Of a stretch of 30,417 nt of DNA, positions 1 to 9,359 are shown piece after piece. This stretch comes from Oligoflexus sp. (GTDB taxonomy: Bacteria; Bdellovibrionota_B; Oligoflexia; Oligoflexales; Oligoflexaceae). The notes beneath the pieces were generated by a model. It had not been told where the DNA came from. It made no database searches and was given only the letters and a program-made list of their open reading frames with translations. A program made the position numbers and the translations under genes. The DNA lies in the NCBI GenBank assembly GCA_041736305.1, contig JBGSTX010000081.1:1-30417 (forward strand), written 5' to 3'. The first letter of the stretch is position 1, and each line of letters opens with the position of its first letter.

Positions 1-53
1 TCTGCTAGGGAGGGGGACTGCTCGGGTCCTAAAACCCAAGCAGCTTCAATCAA

Positions 54-1076
54 TTAGCGGACTTCGCAGATATTTACATAGTTTGGATCGGACTTCGCGC
101 AAACACGGTTGTTGTTACACGTGAAGTCAGTTCCGTAGCGCGGATTTGGACAGTAAGCGTAACCACTAGAGCCGGTTCCACCGGCGGTAGCAACTTGTCC
201 AGCTGGAGCGCTTCCACTGCGGATTTCGCAGATGTACTTATACTGCGCGTCAGACTTTGCACATGAGCGACCGTTGCAGTTGAAGACTGATCCGTAATAG
301 ATTCCACCGCAAAGAGGAAAGCCACTGGCTCCGGCGCCGTTGGCGGCCTGACCACCTGCTGTGATTTCACAGATGTTCACATAAGCTGGATCCGATTTCG
401 CGCAAGTTTTACCGTTGCAGTTGAACTGCGAACCGTAGAAAGTCGCACCGCAGAGAGGGTAGCCACTGCTGCCAACACCGCCTTGAGCTTGCTGGCCGCC
501 GTTAGCAGCCTGGGATGCCGTGGTGATCTCACAGATATTCACATACTGAGGATCCGACTTTCCGCAGACTTTGCCGTTGCAGTTGAACCGCGTACCATAG
601 TACACGCTGCCGCAGAGCGGAAAGCCGCTGGCACCCGCCGTAGCTGCGACGTTAGCGCTATATTTGGCATCATTAACTTGCTTTTCAAGAGCAACTTGCT
701 TCTCCTTGAGAGCTTGATTTTGCGCGTTCAGATCGTTGATCTGGGCGGTGAGAGCATCGATCTCCTTTTGTATCGCTTTTTTCTGCTCTTCGCTCATAGC
801 TTCAGCACTGTCGAGTAACGCTGTCTGCTCGTCTAACTTCTTTTTGATACTTGCAGAACTTGCATCATTGGAGTCTGCTTCTGCTTTGATTTTGCCTAAT
901 TTTTCCTGTCCTTCATTGATTTCATTAATGACGGCATCGACTGCTTCGTCAGCATTAGCATCCCCTTCACTATTTAAATAAATAGCTGTTGGGGGTACCG
1001 ACGATTTGCATGCGTTGCTCGCCAAGATTAAACTACACCAAAGAACTGACCAAACTAACGACTTCATTGACTTCAT
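54..1076 (-). CDS. Putative lipoprotein with coiled-coil stalk and four C-terminal Cys-rich repeats
   Basis: Signal peptide ending ILASNA-C23 (imperfect lipobox). Heptad-rich helix at aa ~45-140. Four ~37-aa repeats G[AS]SG[FY]xxCxxxxYGxxFxCNx(3-4)CxKSDxxYxxICE[IV] separated by G/A/Q linkers. Confidence 0.85.
   Translation of the reverse strand: MKSMKSLVWSVLWCSLILASNACKSSVPPTAIYLNSEGDANADEAVDAVINEINEGQEKLGKIKAEADSNDASSASIKKKLDEQTALLDSAEAMSEEQKKAIQKEIDALTAQINDLNAQNQALKEKQVALEKQVNDAKYSANVAATAGASGFPLCGSVYYGTRFNCNGKVCGKSDPQYVNICEITTASQAANGGQQAQGGVGSSGYPLCGATFYGSQFNCNGKTCAKSDPAYVNICEITAGGQAANGAGASGFPLCGGIYYGSVFNCNGRSCAKSDAQYKYICEIRSGSAPAGQVATAGGTGSSGYAYCPNPRYGTDFTCNNNRVCAKSDPNYVNICEVR
57..635 (-). 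repeat. Four intragenic 4-Cys repeat modules
   Basis: Repeats at aa ~148-184, 202-238, 249-285 and 302-339, each with four conserved Cys. Confidence 0.9.
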
Positions 1077-1381
1077 AAACTTTATCCCTGCTACTGTTTG
1101 TGCCTACACCTTGCTCTTTGCAGCTTTGATACCAAGTGTAAGTTTGCTGAAGCCTAATAAATTAAAATTGTATATGATCCCGGACTTAGCGTTTTGGGCC
1201 GGAATAACTCCTAAGTGAGTGGCCTAAAAAAACTGAATTATTCAAGCAGCTACTGTCATTTTTCTAGCTGCCTGCTTGGCTCCGAGGCTAGCCCTGCTAG
1301 TCAAAACATCGACTTAAAGATGTTTACGAGCAATCAGAATTGGGACGCTAGGTAGAAGCTTAGACACTCTGGGAGAACCTG

Positions 1382-2104
1382 ATGGACTATCCAGCTAAAA
1401 TGAAAGCGATCGAGTTGAGCTGGCAGGGAGAGCAGCGCAAAGTCTGGGTGGTTGATCACTTTGATTCCTACCTAGACTCTTTCGCCGAAGGGGTCGATGG
1501 TCAACTGACAGATGAGCGCTGTCCCTTCGGGGTGATGCTCTGGCCCGCAGCCCGCGCACTGGCTGCGGTCTTTTTAGACGAAAATAAATCTTTCCTACGA
1601 CCCAGCGCCCCTCGGCGTATCGTCGAACTCGGTTGTGGTGTCGGCTTTCTATCCTGTGTACTCGCCAGTCTCTATCCTGAGGCTGAGGTATGGGCCTGCG
1701 ATTATGAACCTATTCTCCAGGGCTACGTCGAGCGCAATGCTCGCAGCTGGGGGCTAGAAAATCGAGTGAGTTTCCATCGATTGGACTGGAGGGATTCGTT
1801 AGCAGACGACTGGCGTTCCAGTGTCGACTGGGTCGTCGGTGCCGACGTCTTCTATGATGATAGTCACATTCAGCACCTGCCTCCTTGCGCGGCTGAGCTT
1901 TTAGTTCCTGGCGGGCGTTTGACTTTGGCCGATCCCCAGCGCTTTCGTTTTAGCTGTGCCCTCGACCTGCTCCAGGAACACTTCACCCTCGAAAATCACG
2001 AGAGCAGTATTTGCTCACTCGAAGCCGAGGGTATTGAAGATGTGATGATCAATCTCCAGAGCCGCGAGCAGGCAGTTTCGATTTTAGACCTTAGAAAGCG
2101 TTGA
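1382..2104 (+). CDS. Class I SAM-dependent methyltransferase (Methyltransf_16 / protein lysine methyltransferase-like)
   Basis: FGVMLWPAARALA, motif I VELGCGVG, post-I ACDY, LDW, and GADVFYD motif typical of this family. Confidence 0.85.
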   Translation: MDYPAKMKAIELSWQGEQRKVWVVDHFDSYLDSFAEGVDGQLTDERCPFGVMLWPAARALAAVFLDENKSFLRPSAPRRIVELGCGVGFLSCVLASLYPEAEVWACDYEPILQGYVERNARSWGLENRVSFHRLDWRDSLADDWRSSVDWVVGADVFYDDSHIQHLPPCAAELLVPGGRLTLADPQRFRFSCALDLLQEHFTLENHESSICSLEAEGIEDVMINLQSREQAVSILDLRKR

Positions 2105-2109
2105 AAATG

Positions 2110-2143
2110 AAAAAGGCCAAACTCCCCCTAGAGAAAGTTTGGC
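2110..2143 (-). terminator. Rho-independent terminator between convergent genes
   Basis: Stem gccaaact...agtttggc, followed by a T run on the minus strand, just downstream of the 2167-3546 gene. Confidence 0.7.
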
Positions 2144-2166
2144 GCTTGTCAGTTTGCACGCTACGC

Positions 2167-3546
2167 TTAAGGAACTAGAGGCGGAGCCTGGTGACAGCCC
2201 ATGCAGCTATATTGCGTGTTGAACATAATAGTCGGATAGGCCGGAGCATTAAATGGATCCACGGGAGCCTGGAAGGGTTGGACAAAGGCTGCGGCGTTCG
2301 CAAGGTTACGCTCGAGGATGCCTTTGTAAGGCCAGGCCGCATAGCTCGTGGGCAGGAGCTTCGCGTTTTTGTAGGCGACGATAGCTGCTGGGACTTTGCC
2401 AGCTTTTACGAGGGCGTCACCCATAGCGAGGAAGAAGCCTTCGAAGTTATGCGGGGCCGATGCCGTGTTTCCGCAGTAGCGCTTGGTGCCTGCGAAGCTG
2501 GGATTGGTGGCGATGAAGCTGCTGAAATCGGGATTGTTGCGATCAATGGGTGCGCCCGAGCAAGCTTCCAAGTTTTGGAAGAGCATCTCGAGGCCTTGAT
2601 TGAACTGTAGCGAATCGGGTGCTTGAGCCAGCATTGGATAGGCTATAGTAAAAAGATTGAATTCAGGAAGGCCCTGGATGGCGGCTCCTGATTTGAACAT
2701 ACCGAGACCTTGCAAGGCTTGTTTCTGCTCTGGTGGATTATCAGGCATGACTGCGCCTAAGAGCGAGGTACAGTCGGCATCAAAGCCTTTAAAGAGCATA
2801 TTCTGCGGAGCTAAACGACTAGCTTCGCTAAAGTGTTGAAAGCAGGAACCTGCCAGATCAAATATATTACTTGGTACAGTCTGGAGGCGGTAGCGTTCGG
2901 CAAACTGCCAGATGCTCAGATAACCCATACGGGCTCTGGCAATGGGAGCGTCGGGACGGGCTTGCATGATGCGACCAAAGCCGGCGGTATAGACGCCGAT
3001 CGAATCAAAAGCACCGGCGCGAAATGAGGCGAGGAACTGCTGGTCGAGGAAAGCTTCCTCGCTACAGACGTAGCTGCTCGGTTGGTGAGCCCCTATCATA
3101 GGTTTCTTAGGAACTACAAAGTCACCTGGATCATCGAAGCAGGAGGGCAAATTATTAGTCGTGGGCCCACCAGAGATATAGATGGGGGCATCGTTACCGC
3201 AACGCAGGATGACGCCATCGCTGACTTCTTCCGATCTACAGCCTTTGCCGTCCTTCAGGACGAAAGGAGCGCCGTCACCGCAGGTAATTTGAAAGCCGTC
3301 AGCGACTTTAGTCGCCGCGCAGCCCTTGCCTGCGGTACCATCGGTACCGTTCTTACCACTAGAGCCCGTGGGACCGGCATCGCCTTTTTTGCCATCTAGT
3401 CCTGGTTCACCGGGCTTACCGGGATCGCCTTTTGCCACAAGGTCGCCGCTAGCTGCGGCTGGCGAGCTGCTTTTCTTTTCGCTCTTTGATTCCAGACATC
3501 CCACGAGTAGGATGGCGCTCGTAAAAATTGCGATACGTACCGACAT
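2167..3546 (-). CDS. Lipoprotein with collagen-like Gly-X-Y segment, helical domain and C-terminal CxxCH heme-c motif
   Basis: Lipobox LLVG-C17. Twelve GXY triplets (GDP...GKG). Two GKGC..DG...CG..AP repeats. CMGCH ends seven residues before the C-terminus. RBS gaggag upstream. Confidence 0.85.
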   Translation of the reverse strand: MSVRIAIFTSAILLVGCLESKSEKKSSSPAAASGDLVAKGDPGKPGEPGLDGKKGDAGPTGSSGKNGTDGTAGKGCAATKVADGFQITCGDGAPFVLKDGKGCRSEEVSDGVILRCGNDAPIYISGGPTTNNLPSCFDDPGDFVVPKKPMIGAHQPSSYVCSEEAFLDQQFLASFRAGAFDSIGVYTAGFGRIMQARPDAPIARARMGYLSIWQFAERYRLQTVPSNIFDLAGSCFQHFSEASRLAPQNMLFKGFDADCTSLLGAVMPDNPPEQKQALQGLGMFKSGAAIQGLPEFNLFTIAYPMLAQAPDSLQFNQGLEMLFQNLEACSGAPIDRNNPDFSSFIATNPSFAGTKRYCGNTASAPHNFEGFFLAMGDALVKAGKVPAAIVAYKNAKLLPTSYAAWPYKGILERNLANAAAFVQPFQAPVDPFNAPAYPTIMFNTQYSCMGCHQAPPLVP

Positions 3547-4127
3547 TTAATTTCTCCTCAGCGTGTTACAAACCCACGGCATGCGCCTGTGCAAGCACAT
3601 TCTGCAATCGCTGTTCCAGATATGACGATAGTGATGTCCAAAGCTTGGACTTCGTCTACGTTCTACTCGCCAAATCCTTGTTCAGCTGGACACCAGACTT
3701 TAGACGGTAAGTATCGGTAAAACATGACGTATTTGCGCAAATTTGTAAGGATGTTTTGCCTCGCGAGCAGAATTGAGAGGTGACTTGGCCTCAAATCTTG
3801 CTCGCAGTAAGAGCTTTCGCATTCGCTCTGCCTTGGAAAGTAGAAAAGTCCTTACGCGAAGACAGAGGAACAGCAGAAAAAGAAGCATTTTTGTCGAGAA
3901 GAATGACAGGCAAATTGATTCTTACTCGCAATCGAGACTCCGCTTGGGAGATTTTGAGTTCAACTAGCCTAGAGGCTCGTCGCGTCTTGCGCTTTCAAAT
4001 GTGGGTCAGAGTCACTGGAGAATTGAGGGGAGACAAAGTCGCTTGCTAATTACAACTATTTTGAATGAAGTGAATCGCAAATGCTCCGTTTAACCGCCTT
4101 GTTTTTTTTCAGGGAATTGACGTTTGT

Positions 4128-4155
4128 TAATTTTTGCCAAAACTAATGCCGATAA
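4128..4155 (+). promoter_or_regulatory. Putative sigma28 (FliA)-type promoter
   Basis: Perfect GCCGATAA at 4148-4155 with TAAT 16 nt upstream, 46 bp before the ATG at 4202. Confidence 0.5.
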
Positions 4156-4201
4156 GCTTTTTAAGTTTGTGAAAATTTTTTATTCATAGAGGAAAAAGCG
4201 T

Positions 4202-4927
4202 ATGAGCCTATTTCGGACGTCTATTCATGTTTTGACTGCTACGTTCTTTAATCTATCTTTGCTCGCTTGCAACAATAATTTGTTTCAAAACAATTCAGGA
4301 GCCGGCAAAAAAAGCGCGAAATCGGCTGCCAAAGCTGAGTCAGGCACTGCTGGCCGAATGCTCGATGACGAGATGCCCATGGCTGACGCCTTGAGTATGC
4401 TGAAAGACGCACCTGTAGGCGATGATGTCTTTGAATGGAACGGATACTCTTTTGCGAATACCAACTGGATCTTCACCGATATCACGGAATCTCAGGACTT
4501 CGTGGATTTGATAGAGGATGTGACGCTAAAAGATTTGCAAGAGTCGTTTGATTCTCTTGCTAAAGAAGACCTGCTCGAATGGTACTCAGAATTTTCGCTC
4601 AATTATCGAGGAGAGTTTTCAGAATCCAATCTGGACGATCAGGAAGATGAAGTTGCCAGCCAGGGCCAATTCTTGCTGTCAGCTCCGAAATCCGTAGTGG
4701 ACACTAAGCCAGTCGGCAACGCTTATGGGGCACCAGCTGCTATCAGGGAAATTCCTTTTCCTGCATTCAATCCTAGGAACGGGGACGAGATCCCAGAGCC
4801 AATTGAACCAGCTGCGCGAGCTCCGCGGCCAGCCAATGTAAGAAATAATGTAAGAGGGGCAGCCGCGGCGGTTTTTCTAAACCCAGAAGACAATGATCTG
4901 GCTGCCATATACGGGAATGTTCAGTAA
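4202..4927 (+). CDS. Hypothetical acidic lipoprotein
   Basis: Lipobox LSLLA-C, RBS agagga, acidic middle region, Pro/Ala/Arg-rich tail. No family recognised. Confidence 0.7.
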   Translation: MSLFRTSIHVLTATFFNLSLLACNNNLFQNNSGAGKKSAKSAAKAESGTAGRMLDDEMPMADALSMLKDAPVGDDVFEWNGYSFANTNWIFTDITESQDFVDLIEDVTLKDLQESFDSLAKEDLLEWYSEFSLNYRGEFSESNLDDQEDEVASQGQFLLSAPKSVVDTKPVGNAYGAPAAIREIPFPAFNPRNGDEIPEPIEPAARAPRPANVRNNVRGAAAAVFLNPEDNDLAAIYGNVQ

Positions 4928-5056
4928 ACATTGGAATCCACCTGCTGACGGGTCTAAGCGTCTGCCCAACTGCTGGATTCGCTTATGGATGCGATACGGA
5001 AAAAATATTAGCACACATCGGACCTGTACTCTGCGGATCCACACGCGTTCTGAATG

Positions 5057-5088
5057 GCCCTCGGCAGCAAAACTGCCGGGGGCTTTTC
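5057..5088 (+). terminator. Rho-independent terminator
   Basis: gccctcggcag-caaaa-ctgccgggggc followed by tttt. Confidence 0.75.
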
Positions 5089-5207
5089 ATTAAATTGATA
5101 GGTTTTCGAGACTATTTTCCCGTGGCGTCCTTCCTTGTAAATATTCCCGCCTCACGGTCAAATTGTCCTCCGCCTGCTTCGCCCACGATGCGAGCCTCGC
5201 GCGACGT

Positions 5208-5609
5208 TCAAATGTTATCGATACCAAAATCCGCTACAGCCTTCTTGCCCGCAACTTCTAAGTTTACATGCATATCATAGCGATGAACTTTGCTGATGCC
5301 TTTGACAGTAGCCTCGTAGGCGTCTCCAAACTTCTTGAAAGTAATGGGCTTGCTTTTTTCCTTGGGGAACTGAATGTCACCCTTGAGCTCAGCCTTGTCC
5401 AGCTTGAGAGCTTTGAGTTGTTGATCATAGACGTAAAGCTTGAGCTTATCTCCGTTGATGACAATCTCTGCCTTGTATTCTCCTGCGTTTCGAAGAGTTC
5501 CACCATGGGGCGCAGCTTCCACAGCGGCCTCGTGGTTATGGTTTTCATGCGCTAAGAGGGGAGCGTTTGCTGCCAGAAAGAGTGTTGTCGTGAACAGAAA
5601 AGCTTTCAT
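5208..5609 (-). CDS. Small exported His-rich putative metal-binding protein (PHGG motif)
   Basis: Signal peptide, HENHNHE and PHGG. Lies directly downstream of the heavy-metal RND gene. Start moved to ATG 5609, which has ggag upstream. Confidence 0.75.
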   Translation of the reverse strand: MKAFLFTTTLFLAANAPLLAHENHNHEAAVEAAPHGGTLRNAGEYKAEIVINGDKLKLYVYDQQLKALKLDKAELKGDIQFPKEKSKPITFKKFGDAYEATVKGISKVHRYDMHVNLEVAGKKAVADFGIDNI

Positions 5610-5623
5610 AAAAGTCTCCAAAA

Positions 5624-8600
5624 TTAAATCCCAGATGAGCCGCTTATCACTTCTCTCATATGTTTTACAGCCCGTTCGGCTGCTTTCTGACCAAATCTAT
5701 AGAAAATTGCTGGAGTCACAAAGATGTCAAGAATAGTGGACGAGAGGAGGCCACTGACGATAACTACGGCAAGGGGATGCAGAATCTCCTTCCCAGCTTC
5801 TCCCTTTGCAAAAAGCAGCGGTGTTAAGGCCAACATAGCTGTTAAAGAAGTCATAAGAACTGGCACCAATCGCTCCAGCGACCCCCGTATAATCATATCC
5901 CTGGAAAAAGCCTCACCCTCTTCGGCCATGAGCTGGAGATAATGGCTGATCATCATAATGCCGTTTCGGCTCGCTATCCCGCAAAGCGTTATAAAGGCAA
6001 TAAGGCTTGCTACGGAGAAGGTGCGATCCGTGAAATAGACGGCCAGGACAGCTCCAATAAGGGCCAGCGGGATGCTGATCATAATTTGAAAGGCAATAAA
6101 GGATGATCGGAAATGGATGGCCAGTACGAGAAAGATACCAAGGATGGAGAGGCCGCCAAGGATAAGGACCATGCGCATGGCCTGCTTTTGGCTTTCATAC
6201 TGACCGTCGAATTCAAGGAAGTAGCCTGGTGGAAGCTGCACTGCTTTCTCAATTCGCTCTCTTACTTCCCTAACGGTACTATCGATATCCCGCCCGCTTG
6301 TATTGAAGGAGATGGCTATCCGCCTCTTCTGATTCTCCCGCTCAATTACGTTTGGCCCACTGGTTTCAAAAACATCAGCCACCTCGGCAACTGTAACGGC
6401 ACGCCCCGTAGGAAGCACATGCAGCGACAGTTTTTTAATGTCCTCAATCGACTTGCGGTATTTCTCCTCCAGTCGGAGCTGAACGTCGAGAATTTTATTC
6501 CCTTCGAAAATGCGCGCGATGGGTATACCTTGCAGCATCAGCTCCAGGCTCTCGATGGCATCGCCTGGAATAAGGCCATATCTGGCCAGATCTGAGCGCA
6601 TGGGAAATATCTTATACTGTGGAAACAAAGACTGCCCTTCCATTTGCAGGTCCACGACGCCTGCAACGCCGGAGACGGCATTGCGTATTTCAGCCCCCTG
6701 CTGCCGAAGGACCCGAAGATCTGGACCAAAAAGCTTGATGGCGACCTGGGCTTTGACTCCTGAGAGAATGTGATCGAGCCTGTGTGAGATGGGCTGGCTG
6801 ATGCTGAAATAGCCATCCTCTGGTAACGCAGCCTTTACCTGCCTGCGGATATCAGAAAATATTTCCTCTCGCGGCCGCTCAGATTTTTCGAGAGCTATCT
6901 CCCATTCTGAATGATTGACCCCTGCGGCATGATCATCCTCCTCAGCCCGCCCTGTGCGCCTTCCGGTGGATTTGACTTCAGGCACGGAAAGAATAGCCTT
7001 CTCCACAGCGATAGCGAGTTCGCTGGAGGCTTCCAAGGAGATGCCAGCCTTTACCGATGCTTCCACCATGGCACTTCCCTCGTTAAAGGGCGGGAGGAAA
7101 TCGCGGCCCATGAAGGGGAGCAAAGCGCTTGAACCAAGGAATAACGCGAGTGAGAAGCCGATAATGAGCCACGGTCGATCAAGAGATTTGGTCAAAATAC
7201 GCTGATCCAGCCTCTTCAGAAACCTGACAAGCCAGCTCTCATGCTCAGCGATGGAGCTGGATTTTCCCAGGAGGAAATAGCAAAGGACTGGGGTGACTGT
7301 GATGGAAACCAGCAGCGAGGCCAGGATCGATGTAATGTAGGCTAAACCAATCGGAGTGAAAAGCCTTCCCTCAATTCCAGGCAGCGCAAAGAGCGGGACG
7401 AAAACCAGAATAACGATGAGGGTAGCCAGAACTATTGAATTGCGAATTTCACTCGATGCCCTATAGACGACCCGAAGGGCCGGTTCAGGATCCTGTCTTT
7501 CCCGGTTTTCCCGAAGCCGTCTGAAGACATTTTCAACATCGACAATGGCATCATCCACCAGTTCGCCGATGGCCACAGCCAGTCCCCCAAGAGTCATGGT
7601 ATTGATACCAAGCCCTAGAAAATGAAAGATTATGGCTGTAATGAGCAATGAAAGCGGGATGGCTGTAAGCGTGATCAGAGTGGTTCTTATGTTCAAAAGG
7701 AAGAGGAGAAGTACGATAGAAACGATTATCGTTCCATCTCGAAGGGCTTCGATCACGTTGCCAATGGCCGTTTCTATGAAGTCGGCCTGCTTAAAAAGGT
7801 TAGAATGGAGTTTTACCCCTGTGGGGAGTGTCTTCCTGAAATCCTCTAGAGACTCATCTACGAGCTTCGTCAGAGCGAGAGTATCGGCGGTGCTTTGCTT
7901 TTGGATCATGAGGATGACGCCGGCTTGGCCATTTATCGAAGCATCACCCCGCCTCGACGCAGGGCCTCTTTGAATCGTGGCTACCTCCTTTAGCAGCACC
8001 GGGCGCCCTAGGTGCGTGCCAATAGGTGTATCCCCGATATCTTCAAATGCTGTGATGCGTCCGATGTTGCGGATGAGCCATTCTCTGCTGCCATCCCTGA
8101 CAAAGCCTCCTCCTCTTGCAATCGAAAGGGACTCAAGTCGCTGAGCCAGATCACGCGGACCTATCAGGCGTCTTTGAAGCTCAAGAGGGTTTATCAGAAT
8201 TTGTATTTGCTCCTGCTCGCCGCCAATAACGGTCGCCTGAGCAAGACCAGGGATCGATAGAAGTCTTGGCTTAAGCTCCCAATCAGCAAGGGTGCGAAGG
8301 CGCATGGGATCAACGGCAGGATTGTCAGCCGTGAGCCCAATCATTTGGATTTCACCCATGATCGATGAGGTTGGTGTGAGGTATGGCTGAACGTCCTTTG
8401 GCAGCCTTGAGCTGACTGCGCCGAGCCGTTCAGAAACATTGAGTCGTGCCGTCTTCAGGTCAGTATTCCATTGAAATTCGATCCGCACTACGGAGATGCC
8501 GGTCGCCGAAGACGAATGGACTCGGGCTATGCCAGGCAGGCCGCTTAGGGCGCTTTCAATAGGCCGGCTGACAGCAGTTTCAATTTCCTCGGGTGCCATT

Positions 8601-8764
8601 CCCTCGGTCTCTGTAAGTACATGAACGGTGGGCTTATTGAGATCGGGAAATACATCAACACTCAGCTGCCTCGTAATGAAAGATCCATACACCAGACAAA
8701 AAGCAGCGAGTGCGACCGTCAGAAAGCGCTGCCTTAGAGCAGTCTTGATAACAAAATCAAGCAT
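5624..8764 (-). CDS. CusA/CzcA-family heavy-metal efflux RND permease
   Basis: About 1046 aa. Motifs DVFPDLNKPTV, GMAPEEIE, TM4 LAVAIGELVDDAIVDVEN, FLPPFNEG, SRNGIMMI, ERLVPVLMT. Start placed at MLDFVIK (8764). Confidence 0.95.
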   Translation of the reverse strand: MLDFVIKTALRQRFLTVALAAFCLVYGSFITRQLSVDVFPDLNKPTVHVLTETEGMAPEEIETAVSRPIESALSGLPGIARVHSSSATGISVVRIEFQWNTDLKTARLNVSERLGAVSSRLPKDVQPYLTPTSSIMGEIQMIGLTADNPAVDPMRLRTLADWELKPRLLSIPGLAQATVIGGEQEQIQILINPLELQRRLIGPRDLAQRLESLSIARGGGFVRDGSREWLIRNIGRITAFEDIGDTPIGTHLGRPVLLKEVATIQRGPASRRGDASINGQAGVILMIQKQSTADTLALTKLVDESLEDFRKTLPTGVKLHSNLFKQADFIETAIGNVIEALRDGTIIVSIVLLLFLLNIRTTLITLTAIPLSLLITAIIFHFLGLGINTMTLGGLAVAIGELVDDAIVDVENVFRRLRENRERQDPEPALRVVYRASSEIRNSIVLATLIVILVFVPLFALPGIEGRLFTPIGLAYITSILASLLVSITVTPVLCYFLLGKSSSIAEHESWLVRFLKRLDQRILTKSLDRPWLIIGFSLALFLGSSALLPFMGRDFLPPFNEGSAMVEASVKAGISLEASSELAIAVEKAILSVPEVKSTGRRTGRAEEDDHAAGVNHSEWEIALEKSERPREEIFSDIRRQVKAALPEDGYFSISQPISHRLDHILSGVKAQVAIKLFGPDLRVLRQQGAEIRNAVSGVAGVVDLQMEGQSLFPQYKIFPMRSDLARYGLIPGDAIESLELMLQGIPIARIFEGNKILDVQLRLEEKYRKSIEDIKKLSLHVLPTGRAVTVAEVADVFETSGPNVIERENQKRRIAISFNTSGRDIDSTVREVRERIEKAVQLPPGYFLEFDGQYESQKQAMRMVLILGGLSILGIFLVLAIHFRSSFIAFQIMISIPLALIGAVLAVYFTDRTFSVASLIAFITLCGIASRNGIMMISHYLQLMAEEGEAFSRDMIIRGSLERLVPVLMTSLTAMLALTPLLFAKGEAGKEILHPLAVVIVSGLLSSTILDIFVTPAIFYRFGQKAAERAVKHMREVISGSSGI

Positions 8765-9011
8765 CGATGATCCCAAAATATTCCGCCCGAGCCTATCAAA
8801 GCACATTTTCCATGATAACGCTCTCTCACCTTGTCATATGGGTATTTGGGCGATCAAGAGCTTTCTGGCTGGCTATCACCGCAAGTTTGCCGTTTTTACG
8901 CGCGGCATCGACTCCAGATATACTGGCTTTTGCTTGCTGAGAAAAGCTGAGTGCCAAAGCGCCAAGCTACGGAAATGACGAGATCGGCAAATATTACCCG
9001 CTGGAAACCTT

Positions 9012-9038
9012 TATATTAGAAACACGGAACACCGATAA
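9012..9038 (+). promoter_or_regulatory. Putative sigma28-type promoter
   Basis: TATA-N15-ACCGATAA, 80 bp upstream of the small ORF at 9119. Confidence 0.35.
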
Positions 9039-9118
9039 AGTAGGGGTCAGGGGCGATCACAGGTCGCTACTGAAGAGAGATATTGACTGAATTCGAGTCA
9101 ATAAAATAAGAGGTCGAC

Positions 9119-9301
9119 ATGAGCTTAGGAGTAAGCATTGCGCTCGCACTGGTAGTCGGAGGCTTTGGCCTTCTCATGGTCTTTATCAAAATAAAGGCTG
9201 ATGCCGCAGCTCGTCAGGAGCGCGAGGACCTCGCACAGCTCTTGAAAGAGCGTCGACCTACTCTGGAGCATACCCTGGAACGCTTCAGCGATAAGAAGTA
9301 G
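9119..9301 (+). CDS. Small single-pass membrane protein
   Basis: 60 aa, N-terminal TM helix then a charged helix, RBS aagagg, fills an intergenic gap. Confidence 0.65.
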   Translation: MSLGVSIALALVVGGFGLLMVFIKIKADAAARQEREDLAQLLKERRPTLEHTLERFSDKK

Positions 9302-9359
9302 TTCGAACGATTATCTTTCTTTTGCAAAGGGCTAGCTGTGCAGTCAGGAGCGAGCCAAA

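Noticed and set aside
3550-4120. Short overlapping ORFs in the long divergent intergenic region
   Set aside because: No clear RBS, no recognisable motifs, and they overlap each other; more likely regulatory DNA.
4945-4980. gggtctaag resembling part of a c-di-GMP-I riboswitch
   Set aside because: The upstream GGCAAA/GAAA/GCAAA elements are missing and it lies 3' of a gene.
8923-8938. tggc...ttgc as a sigma54 promoter
   Set aside because: GG-to-GC spacing is 9 nt rather than the required 10.
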